Below are positions 24,470-35,315 of a DNA stretch of 64,000 bases, in pieces. This stretch comes from Azolla caroliniana (lineage: Eukaryota; Plantae; Polypodiophyta): assembly GCA_043228905.1 (NCBI GenBank), contig JBHGNT010000018.1, positions 13,826,001 through 13,890,000 on the forward strand. Direction: 5' to 3'. A program made the translations under genes and the position numbers. Within the stretch, counting starts at the first letter, position 1, and each line of letters begins with the position of its first letter. The notes under the pieces are model-generated. The model worked only from the letters and a program-made list of their open reading frames with translations. It was not told the origin of the DNA and did not search any database.

Positions 24470-24750
24470 CAATGAGGTATATATTAATCTCATGTGCAAG
24501 AGTGCACATGTGTGAGTGGAATATAGGTACTAAGGTGTAAGTCCTATATTAAATGTACTTAGGAGTGGAGGATCTAGAATATCCCACTTAAGTATAAGGT
24601 CCTATTTAAGGCGTTATAGTCAACACTTCTAACTAGATTCTATCTAGGTAACTACGAAGTTACATGGTTGACTAACTAACTAAACTAAGTTTAGCTTGAT
24701 CTCTCAACACGCCCCCTCAAGCTCAAGTGTGAGGCGTCCGACATCCGCTT
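24470..24750 (-). mobile_element. Short Copia fragment (PPT plus truncated 3' LTR) inside D gag
   Basis: Minus strand TTGAGCTTGAGGGGGCG|TGTTGAGAG (LTR start at 24709) resembles the PPT/LTR junction of Copia G at 40911-40930. Boundaries approximate; no TSD. Confidence 0.55.
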
Positions 24751-24867
24751 TGGCTTTTGGCAGAGTCTAGCAATACACGGAAGGCGTATTGCTACTATTG
24801 CCGCTAGGAGGGACACTACAACAACCAATGTCCGGTAAAGAGTAATGAAAAACGACCCACAGTCAAC

Positions 24868-27800
24868 ATGGTGGTCGCAGAAGTGGTGGACATCCAACAA
24901 GTTACCACTAGATCAAAGGGAAAGATGGCTGAATGGGAGGCTCAAGAAGCTATCCACAAACAAGCTAAGAAATGGATCGAAAAGGCAAACGAACGGAATG
25001 TTACCGAACTGAAGGAGCAAAGGAACGTATTGGAGGAACTGACAGAGATGACGCAACAGGAGAACCCCACATGGCAAGCATTACAGGAATGCCAGATCAT
25101 GCTACCACTGGGTCAGTTACTACAATTGTTGCCCCGATTCACCGATGGTTTAAAATCGGCATTGGCCCCACCAAGCCCCACACCAACTCCGACGTTCTTT
25201 TCAAATATGGAGGAAGGGCCGGTATTGGTGGATAGCAACAGTCCCCCAATCACCACCATTATCAAAGGACGAGAAGTACCGGGGACGATCGTCGATGGTG
25301 GATTGGGAGTAAACGTAATAAGCCCGTTCTGGCTCCGGATGGAGGACACCAACTCGGTAAGACTGGCCGGATTGATCCGGGATTTGGAGGTGACAGTCGG
25401 AGGCCATGATTTCTGGATTTCTGCCGTCTTCCTCCAATTGAACGCACAGGGAGCATACCCACTGTTGCTAGGACGACCATGGTTACGAACCTCCCAAATC
25501 AAACAGAACTGGCAGAAGAACAACATTATGTTCCGAAGGGAGAAAACTAAGGTAAGAGTACCCACGCACCCTCAAGCGGGCCCAGGCAAGGAGGTAACAC
25601 CGTTATATGCCGAAAGCGTGAACATGTTGGAAGGGCTTGTTGATGAGGAGGTAGATGGCGACCTTGATGAAAACCCAAGGATAGTCCCTTTGTTCACATT
25701 GGACGTTGCAGAGGCGGTCTCCCCATATATTGTGCAACCAGAGGATGTCAGTGAGGCCCTAGAGCGGGAGATGGCGGTATCACAATGGGTGAAAGACTCA
25801 CAATTGGAAGAAGTGAATTTGGGAACCGACGAAGAAACAAGACTGGTGCATGTGGCCAAAGAAATGCCACCGGAGGAGAAATCGGCAATGGTCACATTAT
25901 TGAAAGAATTCCAGGACGTATTTGCGTGGTCATATGAAGACATGCGGGGACTGGACCCACAATTATATAAGCACCAGATTCATTTAAGCAAGGATGCGAA
26001 ACTAGTAGTGCAGAGACGTTACCGGATGAATCCGAATTACGCGGCTAAAGTAAAAGTGGAGATCGACAAGTTGCCGCGGGTTGGGTTCATCTAACCGGTG
26101 AAGAAAGCCACCTTACTAAACCCGATTGTGGTGGTAACGAAGAAGAACGGAAAGATCCGAGTCTGTGTGGATTACCGGAAATTGAATGCGACCATTGTCA
26201 CCAATGCATTTCTGCTCCCATTCACGAATGGAGTCTTGGATGTGGTAGCAGGCCACGAGGTGTATAGCTTCCTCGATAGATTCAACGGGTATAACCAAAT
26301 CAGGATGCACCCGGATGATCATGAGAAAACAACGTTCGTCACCGAATGGGGAGTCTTTGTAGTGGTCGTGATGATGTTCGGACTAAAGATGGCACTGGCA
26401 ACGTTCCAACGAATCATCATGGAAATTTTCGGGGAATTTATCCCAATGTTTATGCAAGTGTTCTTGGATGACTTTGCGGTGTACAGCAGGAAAGGAGAAC
26501 ATCTTGACCATCTCCGGTTATGCCTGGAGAAATGTAGAAGTTACCGGCTAAGTCTGAACCCGGCAAAATGCGTATTCGGGGTAACCAACAACCGCCAAAG
26601 CTTTGAGCCGGTTTTTAGGGAAAATATAGTGGCATAGCTGAATGCTCCGATAATTGACCGATCTTGCGACACCACTACATGCAACTATACACTAGACACC
26701 TTTCCAATGGACAGAACCGGAGGATAAGGCATACCATGTGCTCAAAATAATGTTGTCCCAGGCATCGGTCGTACAACCCCCGGATTGGTTGAAGGAATTT
26801 CATGTGTTCGTGGACACATCTGATATTGTGATCAACAATGTTCTTATGCAGCTCACCGAACCGAAGTGGTACCAACCGGTTTACTACGCCAGTTGGAAGC
26901 TCTCCCATGCGGAACAAAATTATTCAACAATGGAACGGGAAGCCTTGGGAATGATATACAGCGTAACGAAGTACCATCACTACTTGGTGGGATGGAAATT
27001 CTCATTCCACGTGGTTCATTTGGCATTACTGTACTTTGTCTCCAAGGCATCGCTAATCAACAAACTAGCACGATGGACGCTGCTTCTACAGGAGTTTGAA
27101 TTCGAGATTTACCACAGACCGGGAGTACAACATGCAGTAGCGGATTACTTGAGCCCGTTAGAGTCCGGAGAGGCAGGTGATGGCATCATCGAAGAGCGGT
27201 TCGGAGCGACGAAAAGGAGACAACTTTACGGGAAGCTCACTGTGGAGTCGTTGCAGGACATTATGCCGGAGATGCAACGGCAAGGAAGATATGGTGAAGC
27301 GGATTGTGGTGGCCTACAAAATTGAAGGACTCGATTTGATATGCAAAGGAATGCGACTTATGTCAATGGATGGGCCAACCAACAAAACAAGCAAGGATGC
27401 CACAGTAGCCGGTGTTACCACTAGAGCCGTTTCAAAAATGGGGATTGGACTTCGTCGGACCTTTCAAACCTCTGGCAATGCGAACCAGGAACCAATATAT
27501 CATTGTAGCAACAGACTATTGCACCAAATGGGTGGAAGCAAAGGCACTCCGGGATAATACCACGGCGTCAACGGCCAAGTTCCTATACGAGTACATTTGG
27601 TGCCGGTATGGATGCCTGATAGAATTGATAAGTGATCAAGGAGGACATTTCCTTGGTCAAGTAGTGGAGAGTTTGATGACGTTTTATGCGGTCGTACACA
27701 AGCAGAGTGCACCTTATTATCTGCAAGCCAACGGATTGGCCGAATCCACTAACAAGACCTTGCAGAACATCCTCTGGAAAATAGTCAATGAAAACTGCAC

Positions 27801-28330
27801 CGACTAGAACACAAAGCTGTAGAGCGCGCTATGGGCTTACCGAACCGCGTACAAAACAAGTATCCGGGCAACACCATTATGGTTAGCTTTTGGATTAGAA
27901 GCGGTCATGTTGATAGAGTTTCAAATTCTAAGTTTGCGGATTCAAGTACGGGAAAGGTTAAGTGAGAAGGAATCGGAAAAAATCCAACTAGGGAAATTGT
28001 GTGAATTAGAAGAACACTGGATAGCTAGCATTCTGCAGTTGGAACTCGAGCAATGACGACAAAAAGCTTTCGTCGACCGGCACCTTATGGGGAACAAGAA
28101 AATGTTCGGAATCGGCAAAATGTTGGTGTTAGTATTTTAGACCCGGATGGGCAAAATGCCGGGGAAGCTACGGTTCTGGTAGACCGGACCGTACTCGATA
28201 ACACGAGAGTTTAAAGGCTCATATTAGCTAGGAATGTTGGCTGGCGAAGTCGTGGAAAAGTGGGTAAACGGTTTCCGACCCATGCCGCGGAACCCGTTCA
28301 AACAACCGGATGCTGAAGTAGAAATCGGGA
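24868..28330 (+). pseudogene. pol of Gypsy D (PR, RT, RH, INT), decayed with internal deletions
   Basis: IVDGGLGVN, LLGRPWL, RVCVDYRKLN, FLDDF, PVYYAS..EREALG, WGLDFVGP, QANGLAE. Confidence 0.9.
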
Positions 28331-28800
28331 ACGGCAAGCAGATAGCCGACAACCAAGAGGAGGAACATACAACGGATATGGTGTTGCCAGATACAAGGGT
28401 TTAGAATACCACATTTTATTAAAAAAAGAAAAAAAAAGGCCATCATGCAGGGGCGAGGAGTAGGCCATCATGGAGGCGAAAAACAATAAAATAAAATAAA
28501 ATAAAATGAAGGCCATTAAAAAATGAACGGACACCTCAAAACGGTGTGACGTCACCCATTTAAAGCATACCACGCGTCATACAACCACTATTCAAGCACA
28601 CAACGTGCATGCACGGGAATAGAGAAAAGGCGACAAAGATGGGAACACAAAACCTCCGCATAATAGAGTCTCTATCATTTCGCGAACAGAGAGAACTTAG
28701 CACATGAAGGCAGATAGGAGTGATTAGGCGAACGCAAGAAGCTACCACAGGCACACCAAAGCTCTCCACCACCACCAAAACAGACGACACGCTGGAGCCC

Positions 28801-31300
28801 ATGGCACTTTCCGAGAATGCCAAGAAATGATTCAGTCAACATGGCTTGGAGGGCTTCCTACGGATAGCAGAGGCACGTCCGCACGAAGAAGCGGAAAAGG
28901 TCGCGAAGAAGATCGACCTAGAAGTAATCACGGAGGAGGCTATCCGCGCCTTAATCGGATTGCTAGAGGGAGGGATCTACTCCATTGAGAATCCTTCCCT
29001 AGAGACGCTGACGATGTTCTTCGGAGAGTACTCCCTGGCCAGCAAAGCGTACCGGAGACAGGGTGGCAACGACGCCTTGTTCCGAGAAGTAGCTCATGTG
29101 CTCCACGAGTATGGGTTCGTGCACCCCCGACCCCCGGCAATGCCAAAGAACAAAGCCGGATTCATCATCGCCACATATGAAGGGGTAAAGGTGGATTGGC
29201 CGGTAATCATCGCGGATTGTTTACGAGCGGCCATACAATCAGTGATAGACGCCAAGAAGGTGTGGACAACAGTGGCTCAATGGCTCACGCTCCTGGTGCC
29301 GTCGGTGCCGACATTAAAGGCAAAGAAGCGGGGCCGAATGGCTGATATGACGCCAAATAAGCCCTCGAAGTGGCAACAACTCCTTGCCAAGCACACTCCC
29401 GGTCGGACAAAGGGAGGTTCATCACAGAAGGAAAAGGAGCAGCCTAGTCAGAAGTGGCAGGCGAAGACAAAGGCACCGATAGGGCAACCGGAAGGAATGT
29501 GAGCCTATTCGGCCACTAACACCGATAGAAGTACCGATCTCACCGGGTCGATAGGCACAACAAGAGAAGGAGTTGCCGCTAGAAACTACAATACAACAAG
29601 GGTTTCTGGCGAGAGCAGAGCCAACACCGGAACCGGAACCGGCAAGGCAACAAGGCATTGGAAGTCAATGGCTGCGATGGATTGGAGAGCAGGTGGCCGG
29701 GGTTGTAAACCAAATTGAAGAGGAAGAGATAGCACAACGGGATCGGTTGTTTGCCACAACCGAAGAACTCGAGATGGCCCGATCAATGATCCGGTGCATG
29801 GAGGAAGAAGTTGAGAAGGCCAAAGCAGATGCAACCAGATAGGTTAGTCCAGGGCCGATAGAACTGGTGGCACCGGTCAGACAGGACCAAAACCGGCGGC
29901 ACCGGTCACTTAACAGATAAATAACACGTCGATAGCTCACACAACACTAGACACAAGTATTACACGGGAGCAAGAACTCTCTACTCTCAAGGAGGAGTTA
30001 GAAATCGAGGAGGCCTTGAGGGCTAGAGAACGAGAGCAGAAGAAGGCAACGAAGGAGGAGAAATGAAAAAGTGAAGAAAACCTCCGGAAAAGCTGCCAAT
30101 TAAATGACCAATTGAAGGAAGAAAAGGAGAAGTTGCTACAAGAGAAGGATAAACTCCGATGATCGGAGGAAACTGAAATCGAGCGGCTCAAAGAAGAACT
30201 TAGGCATCAGAAAGACTAGGAAGACCGCGCCTGACACCAATTAAACCAAAAACTGAAGCAGAAGACAGAGGATTTTGAACGATTGCACCAGGATCACAAG
30301 AATTTCGATGCGGAGCACAAGAAGTTGATTGCAGAAGGTGATCGGCAACAGGAGAAGCTAAGGGAACTCCGGAATGAGGTCAACAGGGCGACAGAGGCAG
30401 TGACAGAAGAGCAGACCAAGGCGGTTGACATGGCAAAGGCACTGGAAGAAGCGACAAGGGACTGGCTAGAGCTCACCCAACAACATTATGAGGAGATGGA
30501 ACGAGCAAAAATGGCGCTGAACAGAGTTGAGATAACTTATCAAACTCAATTGCTACAATATGAGGGACAGGAACAGGTAACGGCGAGCCTAATAAAGAAG
30601 TTAAAGGAGGAAAAGCAGGCTACGGAGGACAAATGCAAGATGGGGCTCAGCCAGATCCGTGCCATTGTGCTAGCATGGAAAGAAAGGACAAAGAGTATGA
30701 TTGGTGAAAGCTCAATGCAATGATGGTCAAAATGGGCACAACAGACAGCGGAATTGTAGACGTTGCAACCAGATGCAGAAAACCTGAGAAAGGACGGTGA
30801 CAACTTCTACAAGATGGACGCAGAGAGCATTGTGAATATCTGGGAGGAGTTGTCAGATGATTTCTTGTCCTTGGCAGGGGAACAATTGGCGGCTGGTAGA
30901 ATAGTTGGATGATGACCAGCTTGGAACTCAACTCCAGTTCGAGCGATATGAACGGGAGTGAAAATGGTAGATAACATCGCAAATGTCGGTGACAATTACC
31001 ATCAGTGACGGAGAGCAATCTCCAGAGCAGCCACCGAATATAGCCGGGACCGAAGGAGGCCAACCAAACAAAGCCCGAGTAGACTAGCCGGAAGAAGTTA
31101 GACCGGAGGACCAGAGGAGCCAAGGACGGAGGAGCCGGAGCCAGAAGCACCGAGACCAGTAGAGGTGGAAGAGCAGGCCGGAGACCAACAACAGGCATCT
31201 ACAACCAGAGGAGCAACAACAACAACCGATGGAGCCACTACCCGATGAACCGTTGGAACTCTTGGACCAGAGCATTCTAAACATTTTGGAGGATGAATGA
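28801..31300 (+). pseudogene. Extra ORF of Gypsy D (about 830 codons: globular N-terminus, long coiled coil, conserved C-domain), function unknown
   Basis: Sense ORF fragments 28846-29502, 29573-29842 and 30283-30723 plus flanking frames, starting at ATG 28801. E/K/Q-rich heptad region. C-domain homologous to the element B ORF. Confidence 0.7.
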
Positions 31301-31353
31301 AGGGGCTAACCGTGGGTTCGACATACAATGTACTGTCCCACAGGCATGCCATG

Positions 31354-31793
31354 TGTTGGCTGGTTAGGCCAAAGTATGAAAGGGGAGGCGGTTCTATGAG
31401 TTGTAATTAGATAAATTATGATAATTATAAGATCAGATGGACGGACCCGGAATTGGTATGCCGATTCGGATCTAGACTGGTTCATAGCCGGTTGCCGGTT
31501 GGCTCTGGTTTGTAACACAACCGAATACCTATAAAAGGATCCGGAGACGATGTAATTAACAACAGATAATTAATAGAGAAGTGTTCTAGCTTTACGTATT
31601 ATTCATCTTGTTAGTATTGTTCTATTCTTAATGTGATTATCATACGTGTGTATCAAGTTACTTCATTTCAGATAGTAACCAGGAAGGATCGGTTTTGTAT
31701 TACAGTCTGCACATTCCTTACTGTACCACCCCTTTGGTGAAGTGTTCTAGAGGGACACCCTGTGTTAGTGGCTTGTCCAGCCCAGTAACAACA
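31354..31793 (+). repeat. 3' LTR of Gypsy D
   Basis: Colinear with 4080-4516; followed by TSD TTGGT. Confidence 0.92.
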
Positions 31794-31849
31794 TTGGTAT
31801 AAGATCTATTGTTTCTAATGTTTCTTTTGTTGGTTTTTGTTTTTTTCTT

Positions 31850-32650
31850 TATTGATGGTGATTGATCGACGTGCGGTCAACTTTGATCAAGATAACAATC
31901 AACAAAGGAACTTCGGTAACTTTTCGTTTTTTTTTCCTTATTTTTTCTTCTCCTAATCTAATCATGTATAGTCAATATGTGTTGTTTTTCATTGATTCAA
32001 TCATGTCGTAGTGGTAATTAATTGGTTGTATAAACGTGCGGTCAACCTTGATCCAGATAACAATCAACAAAGGAACTTCAGTTGGTTTTTGTTTTCTTCT
32101 TGATTGATGGTGATTGATCGACGTGCGGTCAACCTTGATCCATATAACAATCAACAAAGGAACCTTGGTAACTTTTCCTTCTTTTTTTTCTTCTCCCAAT
32201 CTAATCATGTATAGTCAATATGTGTTGTTTTTCATTGATTCAATGATGTTGTAGTGGTAATTAATTGGTTGTATAAAACGTTTACATATGTGTATAAGGT
32301 CAATACCTCATTTGACATATATTTGATATGTGATTCGTGTCATATGTGTATGAGGTTAATACCTTAATTGCGTATTACGTTCACATACATATGTTACGTA
32401 TGTGTATGAGGTCAATATCTCGATTTTTATGTAAATGATATGCGTTTGGTGTCGTATGCGTAAGAGGTCATCACCTTAATTGCGTATTATGATTAATTCT
32501 TATTTTTGGATGTTTTGTGTGCGTAGAGGGGATATGCCTCAATTACGTGTCTTGATTTCATCATATGTTAGCTATTTATGGTTACAATTATTCTTAATAT
32601 ACGCATATGTGGTCATGTGTATACGTACTTGATCGTATATGTGTGATAAA
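31850..32650. repeat. Direct repeats in the 5' leader of chromovirus C
   Basis: About 250-bp duplication containing three copies of ACGTGCGGTCAAC(C/T)TTGATC.A.ATAACAATCAACAAAGGAAC (31869, 32034, 32121), then degenerate ATATGTGTATGAGGTCAATACCT units. Confidence 0.75.
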
Positions 32651-33899
32651 TATACATGTGTATATTACTTATTATGTGATTTATATATCGAATGTTGTCC
32701 TTTTTCGGGAAATGGATCTTGGTGGCCATCCTCACATTTTTGTGAGAATGGTGTAGTCACCATCCTTTTTTTTAAACAACTTTTCTATTGACATCCCCGT
32801 TGGTCACTTTGATTTTGTTACATAACGAAACGTTCATAGCCACAATGATGTTGAGAACTTAGGGCTTGACCCACTTCATATGAGGTCACTCCTAGGACAC
32901 ACATATCCAACATCCCTCCCTTATTACATGGATACGATGCCACCATGAGATCATTTTCACGAAAGGCATTCGTAATGACGTAACCATGTGATGGGCCACG
33001 TGGGCCTACTACGAAAAGAGGGCTCATTTGGCTTGACCATTAGGTTGCACTTTGGCGTATGCCATTGTAATTATGAGCCTTGAGGTTAGGTAACATACCA
33101 ACCTAGTTTGTGGTAAACGAGAGGGAAATAAAGACTCTTGACATATATGTTTCTTTTAAAGAAACATGTATGGCAAATAATATCTCTTATACGCATAAAA
33201 TGTTAAACATTCAACATGAGCAACCTTTTTGGTTAGCTTAAGTGTTTAATGCATTTGTTCTCGAGGTCTCAAGTTCAAATCCGACCAAGACCATAAAACA
33301 TTGTTGATACATATGACTATAATACATGTTTAGACTTTAGGTCTAAGTGCACTTCGGGGTCCTCGTAATAGGACTTAAAGAGCCGAAACCACATACGTGG
33401 GCACAAAAACATAGTTTATTGTTAACATTTTTTTCATGTATAAACTATTCATGTCGCGAACATACATGGTTGAGCCTCGGGGAGCCGCCATGAAAAAATC
33501 GATATAGAGATCAGGGAAAGGCATTCATTTGTCACCCCCATGGTTTTTAAAACACCTTTGTGTTACCATAGTAGCTTGATCTTGAACCTCATGTTATACG
33601 TCTAGAGGTGTATTAACGTGAGATCATGATATCAATTACTGTTGGCCCATGATATGTTTACATCACGGCATGATGTTATGACTATTTGTCTGACTTTATC
33701 CTATTTCTTTTCTAGAAATAATCATTCAATGGCTCAGAATAACGACCTGATGTCATCCGCTCAAGCAGAAGGAACTCAAGGAAATCCTCTTGGAGCAATG
33801 TCCATTGAGTCGTATTTTTTACAAATACAACATTTCCTTAGTTCAACCGCGCATTAGATGTTCGAACTTCGGCAATCTCAAAGTGCTCTCGAGGCACGT

Positions 33900-35315
33900 T
33901 GTCGTGTGTCACACACTATGTAAAAAAATAATGAAATAATTATTATAGATTAGATTAGTAGCTTATTATAGAAAGATGGATATACTCAAGAGCTTCAAAA
34001 CATATTTTACTATATACAAAATGGAGAAATACATATCAAGTTATGTGAAAATAAAGTTTGAGAAGATAGGGAAATTAGAACTATCCCACATAGATAGGAA
34101 AGTTAAGGCCCTAGCTATATAAGCACCTTGAGCTCCCCCATTTTTCATTTGTGCTAAGAGCACTTTGGCCACTTTGTCTTGATGGATGATGGTGGCCAAA
34201 TTCCCTAAAATCGGAAACCGGCCGGTAAACAAATCCGGAAACCAAACGGTAAGCAAATCCGGAAACTGGCCGGTATGCAAACTGGAAACCGGCCGGTAAG
34301 CAAAATTGGAACCGGAACCAGAAACTGGCCGGTAAGCAAAACCGGAACTGGAACTGGCCGGTAAGCAAAACCGGAAATCAGTCGGTATGCAAAACAGGAA
34401 CTGGAACCGGCAAGCAAACCGGAACCGGAAGCGGTATGCAAACCAAAAACCGGTCGGTATGCAAAACAGGAACCAGAATCGGCAAGCAAATCGGAACTGG
34501 AACCGTCAAGCAAAACTGGAACCGGCCAGCAAGCAAAACCGGAATCGAAACCGGTCGGCAAGGGATTCGGCGATCGGGCGGAACCGGCTACCGGACGAGG
34601 TTGGATACAGACGGACAGAAGATTGGATCATGCAACAAACTAAAGTAAAGTGAAGAGAACTAAAGTAAAGGCCATGTGGACGCAAGCAACTAAAGTTGGA
34701 GTGCATGCAAAAAGTAAAGGTCATGTGGACGGTCACATGCAACTAAACGAAAAAGCCATGCCACTAAAAATAGATGCAACTAAAAGAAAAAGCTAAGCAA
34801 CTAAAAGTGGAGGCCATGCAACAAAAAGTGGACATGCAGATGATCAAGGAAAAACTCCATATAAAATTCCATTTTTTCCTACACTTAAACTCTCCATATT
34901 ATCTTAATTTTTTTCTTTTCTTTGATCCCCGCTATCTTATCGAAGCCATATCTCTCAAGTAAAACCCTAATTTCCTTACGGAAGCCATCTTACTCATAAC
35001 CCTAAATTTCCATACGGAAGCTATTCAACTCATAAAACCATAATCTCTTATCAAAGCCAAAAACCCTAATTTTCTATAGAATTCATATCTTAATTTCCTC
35101 TAATCTATTACTCTAGCCATCTCCATTAGCAAACTTTTTGTAATCCTAATCTTGGGATTAATTGTAATCTTTCTTTCTACTTGTTAATGAAATTTGTTAA
35201 TCTTTCTCATTTCGGTTAATTCTTAGTACATAAATACACGAATTTGATATCCTCTAGTCAAAGGCCCCGGGGTCTTTCCTCAACGTTCACGTATCCTCGT
35301 CGTATTTTCGCGACA
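33900..35315 (+). mobile_element. Solo LTR of an E-related Gypsy family (1416 bp)
   Basis: TGTCGTGTGTCACACACTA start resembles the E LTR start; ends CGCGACA. 4-bp TSD ACGT/ATGT. Removal restores the gag frame of C. Confidence 0.8.
34210..34600. repeat. CCGG-rich minisatellite in the solo LTR
   Basis: About 10 degenerate units of GGAAAC(C/T)GGCCGGTA(A/T)GCAAA..CCGGAA. Confidence 0.8.

Larger units (their letters stand above)
4080..31793 (+). mobile_element. Ty3/Gypsy non-chromovirus D with a large extra ORF after pol
   Basis: LTR pair 4080-4516 and 31354-31793 (TGTTG..CAACA). Perfect TSD TTGGT (4075-4079 and 31794-31798). Decayed gag, CCHC knuckle near 24790, PR, RT (FLDDF), RH and INT (WGLDFVGP). 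Confidence 0.92.

Noticed and set aside
31869-32165. Three spaced 45-bp repeats as CRISPR-like
   Set aside because: The intervening sequences are themselves duplicated; explained by tandem duplication.
34041-34742. Repetitive ORFs on both strands
   Set aside because: Products of the CCGG minisatellite.
33452-35315. TGTCGCGAA...TTCGCGACA perfect 9-bp inverted termini as LTR ends
   Set aside because: No TSD and it would swallow the gag start of C; the 33900 boundary gives a TSD and restores the frame.
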